Below the pieces are notes generated by a model. That model was given only the letters and a program-made list of their open reading frames with translations. It did no database searches and had not been told where the DNA came from. DNA of 64,000 nucleotides, taken from Candidatus Zhuqueibacterota bacterium (GTDB lineage: Bacteria > Zhuqueibacterota > Zhuqueibacteria > Oceanimicrobiales > Oceanimicrobiaceae). The position numbers and the translations under genes were made by a program. Where the stretch lies: contig JAJDAF010000061.1 in the NCBI GenBank assembly GCA_029261995.1, positions 90,219 to 154,218 on the forward strand. The letters run 5' to 3'. The first letter of the stretch is position 1, and each line of letters starts with the position of its first letter. Positions 47,345 to 55,714 of this stretch are shown here, piece by piece.

Positions 47345-48643
47345 TCATTGACCTTGTTCACTCGTTTGATTCCGCGCGATGGAAGCTCCTTTCTTGCGCG
47401 GGCTTACGACGCGCTGATTCGCATAATCTCCCTTGCCCTGCTCCTTAGCAGAGAAAAAGACTGGAACAACCCGCGCAACCGCATTCAGGAATGGCACTGG
47501 GTCGCGCCATGACCACAGAGCAAAGGACTTCGGGCCTCGGACGGATTGCACCCAATCTTTGAGTGACAGATTACCACGCCGCCAATGGTGCAGAGCAGCT
47601 TGTGTATCGCGTAGCAGATGCATCCACTTAAGCGCGGTAAATTGCTGGGTGCGGTTTTCAGGCAGAGCGAGTCCGAGCGCGTCGCAATACATGGTGTACA
47701 GCAGTTCTACGCCGCTCGCTTCCGCCATTGAAGCCCTTCCCGTGGGGCGCCCGACATTCGGTTCAATGATGAAATACTGGCCTGTTCTTTCATCCAACTT
47801 CATCTCGAGATAAGCAAGACCACGAAATGCAACACTTTGAAAAAGACGTACGGTCTCGTGCAACACGGTGTCGTTGCGATACTCATCAGAAAGACACGCT
47901 TGTCCTGTCTGAGGCAGCCATTGACGCAGCTTGCGGCTGGTGTAGGTAACAAGCGGTTTTGAATTGCTGTCAAAGTAGCAGTTGCAGGTGAAATGATTTG
48001 CATCGGGACCCTCAACCCATTCCTGCACGATGAGGGTATCCGACCATCTGTGATAGTGGCGATAAAGCCCCATAAGTTCCTCGGAATTGGCCGCTTTGGC
48101 TGCCTTGACCTTGGTGTGTTTTGTCCAGGCCTCGGGTCGCCACGGCGGCTTCAAGACACACGGGAATTTGATTGTAGCCGCGGCTGCTTCCGCATCGTCG
48201 ATATTGTTGAGAATAAACGTCGCCGGAATTAGGAAGTCCTGCTTGCGGGCGAATTCGTAGAAAGAGGCCTTGTCCAGCATCATGTCAATAGTATCATGAG
48301 GAGGCAGAATAATGCGGTACCACTCATCGAGAATACTCCGGTTCCTTGAGATGTTGAGCACATTCTTATCCTGACAGGGAAGCAGCACCGGCCGGTCTTG
48401 AAACTGCGGACCGAGTCTCGCCAATGTGGTGATCAATTCATCGCTTCCCGTATCAGCGTAGATGATTTCGTCGCACGCATTCGTTTTGCAGCTGTGATAT
48501 CTGGGATCTTGCGCTATGGCGATCACCGGAATTTGACGTGAGGCGAGAATTCGAGCCGAACTCAGCCCTTGCAGGCTGTCAAGCCCGACCAGAATCACCG
48601 GAACAGGCCCGCGACTTGGACTTGTGTCTCTCCTACCCAGCAC
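47345..48643 (-). CDS. ATP-grasp domain protein (carboxylate-amine ligase-like)
   Basis: 432-aa ORF; ATP-grasp-like blocks FPCVLKP, IVQEWVEG, LAYLEMKLDERTGQYFIIEPNVGRP. Confidence 0.6.
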   Translation of the reverse strand: MLGRRDTSPSRGPVPVILVGLDSLQGLSSARILASRQIPVIAIAQDPRYHSCKTNACDEIIYADTGSDELITTLARLGPQFQDRPVLLPCQDKNVLNISRNRSILDEWYRIILPPHDTIDMMLDKASFYEFARKQDFLIPATFILNNIDDAEAAAATIKFPCVLKPPWRPEAWTKHTKVKAAKAANSEELMGLYRHYHRWSDTLIVQEWVEGPDANHFTCNCYFDSNSKPLVTYTSRKLRQWLPQTGQACLSDEYRNDTVLHETVRLFQSVAFRGLAYLEMKLDERTGQYFIIEPNVGRPTGRASMAEASGVELLYTMYCDALGLALPENRTQQFTALKWMHLLRDTQAALHHWRRGNLSLKDWVQSVRGPKSFALWSWRDPVPFLNAVARVVPVFFSAKEQGKGDYANQRVVSPRKKGASIARNQTSEQGQ

Positions 48644-49358
48644 TTTGGGCTCTCTCTTTCTTTGCGGATAAGATCACCCATGGACTAAGCGCATGTAGCC
48701 GCGGGAGTCCAAACTTACGTTCGATCCGTTCAACCCCTCGAACATAAGGACTATCGCTTCGCCGACAAAACGGTAACCAATAATAGCCTCGGACACGCTC
48801 TACCTGAAAGCCGAACTCGTGAAGGACTTTGAACAACTCGGAACAGCTAAACTGCTCTTCGGCCTTCCAAAGCCTTCTGCCTTTGGCCTTGTGCAGTATC
48901 CATCGAGCCGCTCGCTTGTAGTTATTTCGATTGAGCGATTGCAGAATGAGCCGCCCGCCATTCTGCAAAACCCTGTGGCATTCCGGCAGGAAAAGTCTGT
49001 AGTCAAAATACTCAAAGCATTGAATCGCGAGAACACACTGAAACTTTCCGTTGCTGAAAGGCAAGTGATGCGCATCGCTTTGTACAAGCGGAGAATTGCT
49101 CGACTTTCTCCGGAAGAGCTTGAGCGTCAATGGATCCAGCTCCGTTCCCACGACGTTGATGCCAGCCTCGCTCAAAGGCAAAGCATGACGTCCCGTTCCG
49201 GTGGCGATGTCGAGCAGGCGCTTGGGCTTCTCGCCATTGTTTAGAGTCCGATTGATGAAATCCTGCTCGAAGCGAGTGAGGTAGCGCCCAATCGCTGTCA
49301 TGTTGTACTGGTCCCAGTACCAATCAGGCGGTGTGTCGGTTCTGAATGACATTGGCAA
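48633..49358 (-). CDS. Class I SAM-dependent methyltransferase
   Basis: 241-aa ORF; motif I LLDIATGTGRH and motif post-I VVGTELD. Confidence 0.7.
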   Translation of the reverse strand: MPMSFRTDTPPDWYWDQYNMTAIGRYLTRFEQDFINRTLNNGEKPKRLLDIATGTGRHALPLSEAGINVVGTELDPLTLKLFRRKSSNSPLVQSDAHHLPFSNGKFQCVLAIQCFEYFDYRLFLPECHRVLQNGGRLILQSLNRNNYKRAARWILHKAKGRRLWKAEEQFSCSELFKVLHEFGFQVERVRGYYWLPFCRRSDSPYVRGVERIERKFGLPRLHALSPWVILSAKKERAQSAG

Positions 49359-49365
49359 CGCTCAC

Positions 49366-50502
49366 CTATCTTGTGCGATAGCGGTTTAGGATCTTCTTGA
49401 CGCAGGTCCATTGCGAGAGCTTCGAAAAGACAAGTTTGTAACCTGCGCGAATCAATGGATTGTAAATATGGTCGTAAGGACCCGGGCAAAGAGAGATGTC
49501 ACCTCCAAAACCCAGCTTGAAGCGACTCACTGAATTCTTGAGCGCGCCATCCAGATCCTTGTTGTGAAGGACGGCATCAGCGGCCTCTGGCGCGATTCCC
49601 TCGAAATCATAGGCGAGATATCCGTTAGATTTCGCCCATGTGATGATATGCCAGTGCAGCAGTTCGTTAGGCCGCAGATGCTTTTTTTCACCCAGCCATC
49701 CCCCTCTCTTGTAGAGCACTGTATCTCCAAAGGCAATAACTATTGCCCCGGATAACACCACGCCGTCGTGTTCAGCCAGAAACATCTTAATGTGTCCGGC
49801 ACCCGAAAAGGACCTCCACAATTGGAAAAAGTAGTCCTGCGATTCCGCCCAAAAATCTTGCCGCTCGCTGGTTGATATGAACAAGCGATAAAAGCTCGTG
49901 ATCTCAGCATTTTCTACTTCCCTGACACGGATTCCCTGTCGCTTTGCCAAACGAATGTTATAACGCGTTTTTGCCTTCATGCGGCTTAAAAGTTCATCCA
50001 GTTCCAGGGTGAGATCAACAACAACAGTAGATGTTGGAGCAAATCTGAGATGACTGGTGTTGAACCCTGCTCCGAGCAAGTCATCCCCCAAGTAGTGAGC
50101 ATCGTTGGGGGGTTGTACGACGATCTGTTGGGCGCCGTGTTCCCGAGCCACCTTGCATATTTGCTTCACGATCTTTCCGCTCAAATAGCGATATTGCTTA
50201 GCCAGAACGGGTCCTTTTGGCACGTAACAGAATGCGCCGGCGACAGGCAGCGGTCGAATGAGAAGCTGAGCTCCGGCTACGATGGCACCCTCCAATTTCA
50301 CAAGCAAACGTTTGGCCTCCCAGCCCTGCTGCGTTTTAACTCTGGCCCAACGGCTAGTCTGGACATGGTGGCCACCCGGAGCGGTTTCCAGGAACCTATC
50401 CCATTCCGGATCATTCATCAGGTCAGAAACATGTATCCTGAGACCTTCCTCGATTGCTTGGACTTCAATGAGATTTTTCACGATCTCTCTGTGAGTTTTC
50501 AA
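49366..50502 (-). CDS. FemAB family protein (aminoacyl-tRNA-dependent or acyl transferase-like)
   Basis: 378-aa ORF; N-terminal HHVQTSRWARVK block and two-lobed organisation typical of FemAB/FemX-like proteins associated with EPS loci. Confidence 0.6.
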   Translation of the reverse strand: MKTHREIVKNLIEVQAIEEGLRIHVSDLMNDPEWDRFLETAPGGHHVQTSRWARVKTQQGWEAKRLLVKLEGAIVAGAQLLIRPLPVAGAFCYVPKGPVLAKQYRYLSGKIVKQICKVAREHGAQQIVVQPPNDAHYLGDDLLGAGFNTSHLRFAPTSTVVVDLTLELDELLSRMKAKTRYNIRLAKRQGIRVREVENAEITSFYRLFISTSERQDFWAESQDYFFQLWRSFSGAGHIKMFLAEHDGVVLSGAIVIAFGDTVLYKRGGWLGEKKHLRPNELLHWHIITWAKSNGYLAYDFEGIAPEAADAVLHNKDLDGALKNSVSRFKLGFGGDISLCPGPYDHIYNPLIRAGYKLVFSKLSQWTCVKKILNRYRTR

Positions 50503-50519
50503 GATTTCAAAAACGTAGT

Positions 50520-51176
50520 TTATTTCCCAGACTCATTCTGGCACCAACAACTATTCTTGCGAAGAATATGGACTTCAACATCCTCGTGGCCCAGCACGCG
50601 CATTGCGGCAACGCGATGGTGGCCGTTCTGGATGAAATAATGACTCTGGCCATGATAGCACCTGATCGGTGGATAAAGTGACCGGTCGTAGCCTCGATTC
50701 TTGACGGAGTCAAACAGTGCGAAATAGTATGCAACGCGTTTCGCGATAGCGGCATCCACCAGGACTGTCTGGGCCTGTTCGAAACGCAGGAGCTTTACAC
50801 CTTGCTCCTGGTGCGCTAGAGTAATTTCGCGCATTAGCGACCCACGAGCCCATCCACCCTGCGACTTTGGAGCCTTGAACCCCTCCATTGTGATGAGACA
50901 CTCGCGTAGCCAGTCCGTGAACAGCGCTTCCGCCTTACGAGAGCATCTCAGGTACATTGTAAAAAATTTGTACGGAGGGAAATGGTCGATTTTTCTTCCG
51001 GAAAACCCCTGCAGTTCTGAGAAGGGTTTCTTCTGACATCGTACATTCTCGATGGCTAGGCGAGTCAACTTCCTGTGCCCAAGAATCTCATGGTGTTTCG
51101 CTTTGATGTCGTAAACGAGCCAAGAGATGGACATCTTGCGGATAACCGCTCGGGACAGTTCTCTTGTGACAGTCAT
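50520..51176 (-). CDS. Hypothetical protein with C-terminal ParB/sulfiredoxin-like GxHRxxA motif
   Basis: About 218 aa from ATG 51176, whose start overlaps the stop of the upstream GT4 gene (track ORF extends to 51245); C-terminal YFIQNGHHRVAAMRVLG resembles the ParB/Srx nucleotide-binding motif. Confidence 0.4.
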   Translation of the reverse strand: MTVTRELSRAVIRKMSISWLVYDIKAKHHEILGHRKLTRLAIENVRCQKKPFSELQGFSGRKIDHFPPYKFFTMYLRCSRKAEALFTDWLRECLITMEGFKAPKSQGGWARGSLMREITLAHQEQGVKLLRFEQAQTVLVDAAIAKRVAYYFALFDSVKNRGYDRSLYPPIRCYHGQSHYFIQNGHHRVAAMRVLGHEDVEVHILRKNSCWCQNESGK

Positions 51177-51177
51177 T

Positions 51178-52371
51178 TTAGCCAAGTGCTGTATAAACCT
51201 TGAGTAAGTTCTTGCCCTGGTGCTGCCACGCCAACTCCGTTTCAATGCGCCGCCGTCCTATCTTACCCATGCTTTCGCGGCGTTCCGGGTCATCCATCAA
51301 GATGCTGATCGTTCGGGCAAATTCGGTCTCATCGTTAGGCGTCACGTAGAGCGCGGCATCTCCTGCAGTAACTCGGTGCTCGGGAAGATCAAACGCGACG
51401 ACCGGTTTGCCCAAAGCCATGTACTCCATCAGTTTTATCATCGTGGAATTATCATTGTAACTGTTGGATGGTTCCGGAGACAGGCAAATGTCAGCAGTGC
51501 TCAACAAACTGGGGACCTTTTCATGCTCAACGACACCAGTAAAGGACACGTGTTGGTCGAGCCGCAGTTCTTGAGCCATGGATTTTAGCTCCGTCCAGGC
51601 ATCCCCTCCACCAATAAGAGTACACGACACGTTCGTTCGCCCCAGCTCATACACCAGGTGTGCTATCGTCCTTAGCAAATAGTCCAATCCGTCATGAAAG
51701 CCCATATCGCCAACGTAACCAAGGACCGTCTTTCCTTGCGTCGCGGTGGGCAAACCATTGCTTTGGGGCTTCAGGAAGTTCATGTCTGGCCCATTCCGAA
51801 CGATGCTGATTCGAGCATCCGGCACGCCGCAGCGTTCAACTTCAATTAGTTTGTAAGATTGATTTGTCGTGATCACATGGTCAGCAAGGCGGCACGAGAG
51901 TTTTTCAAAAAAGGCAAGGCTTCGATGCACCAGAGAACTTCCTTTCCCTCCGAAACGAGCATAGTACATTTCCGGCGACAGGTCGTGATGGTCGAAGACG
52001 AAACGTTTTCCAAACAGTTTGTAAAATGCCGCAATCAAGACAAAGGTGTCGGGAGGGTTATGGGCATGAACCACATCAAACCCTGGTCGAAAAGCCACCA
52101 AAAGGGATATAAAAAACGTGGCCCCCATCGCGTATCCATATTCGAGCATATAGCCCCAAAACCCATTCGCGGTTCCGGGTGCGGTGTAGCGATAAACCTT
52201 GACACCATTGATTTCTTCAGAGGCTGGCTGGCCTGCTAATCTTTGGCTAATGACCGTCACGCGGCGCCCCGAGGACACCAGTGTATTGGCCTCCTGCCGG
52301 ACCCGGCAGTCTTGTGGGTAGCTGGTGTTCTCCACCAACATCAGGATTCGTATTTGTGCAGAGGACTTCAT
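51178..52371 (-). CDS. Family 4 glycosyltransferase (GT-B fold)
   Basis: About 397 aa from ATG 52371, overlapping the upstream stop (track ORF to 52407); C-terminal GT1/GT4 region with the E-x7-E-like block (EPSNSYNDNSTMIKLMEYMALGKPVV). Confidence 0.8.
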   Translation of the reverse strand: MKSSAQIRILMLVENTSYPQDCRVRQEANTLVSSGRRVTVISQRLAGQPASEEINGVKVYRYTAPGTANGFWGYMLEYGYAMGATFFISLLVAFRPGFDVVHAHNPPDTFVLIAAFYKLFGKRFVFDHHDLSPEMYYARFGGKGSSLVHRSLAFFEKLSCRLADHVITTNQSYKLIEVERCGVPDARISIVRNGPDMNFLKPQSNGLPTATQGKTVLGYVGDMGFHDGLDYLLRTIAHLVYELGRTNVSCTLIGGGDAWTELKSMAQELRLDQHVSFTGVVEHEKVPSLLSTADICLSPEPSNSYNDNSTMIKLMEYMALGKPVVAFDLPEHRVTAGDAALYVTPNDETEFARTISILMDDPERRESMGKIGRRRIETELAWQHQGKNLLKVYTALG

Positions 52372-53519
52372 GATACACCGGCGCCAAGCGGGACGCGTTT
52401 TGCACATTCGAGCAGCAGGTGGTGTAATATCATGGATAAATAGCGGGGGTATGATCTGCGATCTGTTGGAAATCCACCTCTGCCCCTGGAGTGGAAGCGC
52501 AAACTACCGTCGGGGTTTATTAGTGTCAAGACCCGTTCATAGCTTCGGTTGGCAAGTCGGGAATAATCCCCCAGGCCCAGGACCGTAGCGTGACTCAATG
52601 CGGCGCCTACCGCAGTAGCGTAGTACGTCACTTCCGGTTGCTTGCGGCGGCAATCGTAGCAAACCGCGCCCGATTCACAGACGCCCTGAGAAATAAAACG
52701 CGCAAGCTTTTCAAGCACCGGCCAAATTGCACGATCCTGAGTTAAGTCATGGTATTCCGTCAGGTTCAAGAACTGAAAGGCGTTATACTGGAAGCACAGA
52801 AAGTGGATACGATCCTTCCGAACGCTACTCCCGGGACCGGCGACGGCGTAAGGGAGTTCACCCGATTCAAGTTGAACTTGATTGAGCCATGCAACCATCC
52901 CGCGACAGGTTTCCAGGTATTGCTCGTCGCCAGAGGCTTTGGAGAGCATGGCGAAAACCCGCAGCGCAGAAGCTGAATTGTTCGGCACCATTCCAGTGCC
53001 AAGGTCACAGAAATAATTGATGGCCATCAAGCCATTTGCCTTCTGAAACCCGATTCGATCGACTGCAAACCTGTACCATCGTTTGGCTGCATCCAGGAAC
53101 GGGTCATGTTGTGTTCTATGGTATGCCTCCAGCAAAGCCATGGCTGCATAGTTACCCTCAACAGTGGCAACTCTCCCCTGCCACTCCCGATTTGGGTACT
53201 CCCAATAGCCATCAGGGCGCTGCACAGAAAGCAAGTACTCACCGCACGCCACGGCAATATCATGACACCTTTCGGGGTCAGCCAGGTTCAGGTCAGCCAT
53301 CAAACCGTTATTCATGATCCAGTATTTTTGTGTCTGAGCATAAGTCAGGCTGTCATCCCACCGAATAAAATCACTGTAGCTCTTAATGAAGCGGCCGATT
53401 CGGGCATTAAGACGAATGCCAGGATCCGGCCCCCGGAGCGCTCGTCCGGTCCAGTGGTTTCTCAATAGATGTTGGTACAGGCGTCCTGCCGCATCACTCA
53501 GTAACTGTTGTGAAATCAT
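52368..53519 (-). CDS. Hypothetical protein, possibly an alpha/alpha-barrel glycan-processing fold
   Basis: 383-aa ORF translationally coupled between two GT4 genes; W/Y-rich helical pattern (PDGYWEYP, ESGELPY) but no confident family assignment. Confidence 0.35.
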   Translation of the reverse strand: MISQQLLSDAAGRLYQHLLRNHWTGRALRGPDPGIRLNARIGRFIKSYSDFIRWDDSLTYAQTQKYWIMNNGLMADLNLADPERCHDIAVACGEYLLSVQRPDGYWEYPNREWQGRVATVEGNYAAMALLEAYHRTQHDPFLDAAKRWYRFAVDRIGFQKANGLMAINYFCDLGTGMVPNNSASALRVFAMLSKASGDEQYLETCRGMVAWLNQVQLESGELPYAVAGPGSSVRKDRIHFLCFQYNAFQFLNLTEYHDLTQDRAIWPVLEKLARFISQGVCESGAVCYDCRRKQPEVTYYATAVGAALSHATVLGLGDYSRLANRSYERVLTLINPDGSLRFHSRGRGGFPTDRRSYPRYLSMILHHLLLECAKRVPLGAGVS

Positions 53520-54670
53520 GAGGTTTTACAATCCTTGAGAATCTGTTCCAGCTTCAAAGTATTGGCGGATGAAAAGAGTCTCTCGGCATTTGCTCTATTC
53601 TGTTCTCCGAGATCACGGCGCAATTTTGGTGAATCGCACGCCTGGCGTAAGGCATCAGTCAATTGCTCTACATTGTTTTCTTCTACCAGAATTGCTTCAA
53701 CCGCCTCGGGAATGCCGACGTGTCGGGTGCTAATTACAGGCTTGCTGAACGCCATCGCTTCTGCGATAACATTCGGAAAGCCTTCGCGGTCGCCATATCG
53801 GTCCGGGCGTGATGGCAAACAGAAGATGTCGCATTCGCGATACAAGGCGCGCAGTGCGTTATCCTTTTGCAGTCCGAAGAACGCCACCTGGGAGTCTATG
53901 CCCAAGTCTTTCGCGAGCTTGCGGCAATCTACCCGCAACGCCCAGCGTGACACATCGCCGACAACCCATACTTCGACATCATCGCGGTCCAGTTGCTTGA
54001 TGGCCTGGAACAATATCTCATGCCCCTTCTTTTCTGCAAAGTAGCCCACGATCAATATCTTGATTTTTGACTTGAGTTGATAGGCATTGAGATCGACGAT
54101 TTGCCGTACGACCTCTACTTTTTCCGGCGACACGCCATACTTTTCGACAAGAAGAGATTTATTGTACTCCGTAATCGTTACGATGCGGTCGCTGGCAGCG
54201 AGAGCCCTAACGAACATGCGTGGATTTGGATTCCTATAAAATTCATAGGCACGCACCGTCACGACCAGCGGTAGCCCAGTAATTAGCTTGCAGTAGTATC
54301 CGACGAAGAGCTTATGATCTCCGAAATAAGCGAAGATGATGTCCATCCCCCGCATTTTGTTGGCGAAATAAACGGCGACGAAAAAATCGACTAGAGAATG
54401 CGAACCCAACGCAATCGTGAGCAAGTGAAGATATTTGGCAGGTTTCATCAAAGAGAATTGGAGTTGCCGGAGAATCAGGGCCCACCGGCTTATCGGGATG
54501 ACCTCCCACTCAGGTAAAGGATTGTATAGCCCCGTTTCATTGTGGAGCGTGAAAATTTTCACCCGGTTCTGTTTTGCAACGAGGGCCTGAATGTCACGAA
54601 ATATGAACTGAGTCAAGCCGTGCTTCATGCTGGTGATCAAGGCAATTGCTATTGGTTTTGCGGTCGTCAC
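53516..54670 (-). CDS. Family 4 glycosyltransferase (GT-B fold)
   Basis: 384-aa ORF; C-terminal GT4 motifs (GYFAEKKGHEIL, EGFPNVIAEAMAFSKPVIST). Confidence 0.8.
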   Translation of the reverse strand: MTTAKPIAIALITSMKHGLTQFIFRDIQALVAKQNRVKIFTLHNETGLYNPLPEWEVIPISRWALILRQLQFSLMKPAKYLHLLTIALGSHSLVDFFVAVYFANKMRGMDIIFAYFGDHKLFVGYYCKLITGLPLVVTVRAYEFYRNPNPRMFVRALAASDRIVTITEYNKSLLVEKYGVSPEKVEVVRQIVDLNAYQLKSKIKILIVGYFAEKKGHEILFQAIKQLDRDDVEVWVVGDVSRWALRVDCRKLAKDLGIDSQVAFFGLQKDNALRALYRECDIFCLPSRPDRYGDREGFPNVIAEAMAFSKPVISTRHVGIPEAVEAILVEENNVEQLTDALRQACDSPKLRRDLGEQNRANAERLFSSANTLKLEQILKDCKTS

Positions 54671-54673
54671 ACT

Positions 54674-55714
54674 TCAGCCTGCAGGTTTGTCAGAGAAACT
54701 GTCGTATTCCGGCTCGAGGATCACGTGGTCCAACGTGTACGTTTCCGGCGGAAGCGGCTTCATGAGAAAGCCTCTGACAGTTCCGTCGGCGATCAACAAT
54801 CTCTCGACGAGACTGATCAGCGCCAGGTGGAGACTGCCCTTCCGGACCGCGTCGGCCGCAATGACCAGGAATACTGATGCCAGCCAGGCAAGAAAGATTG
54901 ATGGCCGGCCCGAAGTAAGGGACCACAGGAACGAAACGACGCCCGCGACCACTCCTGCGGCAGGGAGAACCCCGAATCCACGTTCCCGAAAGTACTGCCA
55001 GAAGAGTTGGCCACCCAGGTGGTAGCGGAGATTCTGACCAGCACCCAGATACAGGTTTCTTTTCCATCGTTCGATTTTCGTCCGGATCGTGCCGTTGGGC
55101 TCAGAATAGTGGTAGGCGATCGGGTGGTCAAGCCGCAAGATTCGATGACCCGCGTGACGTATTCGAAGGCACAACTCCGGCTCTTCATCTGAATAAAGAA
55201 AAGGGTTGAATGTGCCAACGCTCTCAAGAACAGATCGCCTGAACAAGGCCGCTCCACCACTTTTAGGGACTTCGCAAAAAGTCTCGAGATTGCGAATGAT
55301 GGTGTGGTCCGGAGTCGCTGTCCTTGGCAGATCTACGCGTGTTCCGGTCACCACAGCTACGTTAGGCTGGCTTTGGACTGTCCGCAGGGCTTTTTCCAGC
55401 CAGCCATCACACAGTTCCATGTCGCCATCAAGAAAAAGAATCAACTCGCTTGAAGTTGCTTGATAGCCTAGATAGCGCCCGGCGGCAGGCGTTACCCGCT
55501 GCTCAGCGCCGATTTGGATGATCCTGATTGAAGACTGCCGCGCCAGTTGCATCGTCTTGTCAGTTGAGGCAGAGTCCACCAGAACCAGCTCATAAGATGG
55601 CAAGGATCTTGTGGCTTGCCGAACAGACTCTATCAGACGACGGATATTCCACGCCTGGTTTTTTGTGATTAGGATGACTGCAAGTTTCATCGTCTCTCTA
55701 TGCACGCAAGACAC
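54674..55714 (-). CDS. Family 2 glycosyltransferase
   Basis: 346-aa ORF (alternative start at M9, 55690); GT2 N-terminal block LAVILITKNQAWNIRR, DSASTD, FLDGDME. Confidence 0.8.
   Translation of the reverse strand: MSCVHRETMKLAVILITKNQAWNIRRLIESVRQATRSLPSYELVLVDSASTDKTMQLARQSSIRIIQIGAEQRVTPAAGRYLGYQATSSELILFLDGDMELCDGWLEKALRTVQSQPNVAVVTGTRVDLPRTATPDHTIIRNLETFCEVPKSGGAALFRRSVLESVGTFNPFLYSDEEPELCLRIRHAGHRILRLDHPIAYHYSEPNGTIRTKIERWKRNLYLGAGQNLRYHLGGQLFWQYFRERGFGVLPAAGVVAGVVSFLWSLTSGRPSIFLAWLASVFLVIAADAVRKGSLHLALISLVERLLIADGTVRGFLMKPLPPETYTLDHVILEPEYDSFSDKPAG

Noticed and set aside
44420-51245. Lasso-peptide or other RiPP cluster suggested by the HPr-kinase-like gene
   Set aside because: No asparagine-synthetase-like cyclase, transglutaminase-like protease, PqqD-like recognition protein, radical SAM enzyme or plausible precursor-peptide ORF was found in the cassette or its short flanks; the context is glycan biosynthesis.
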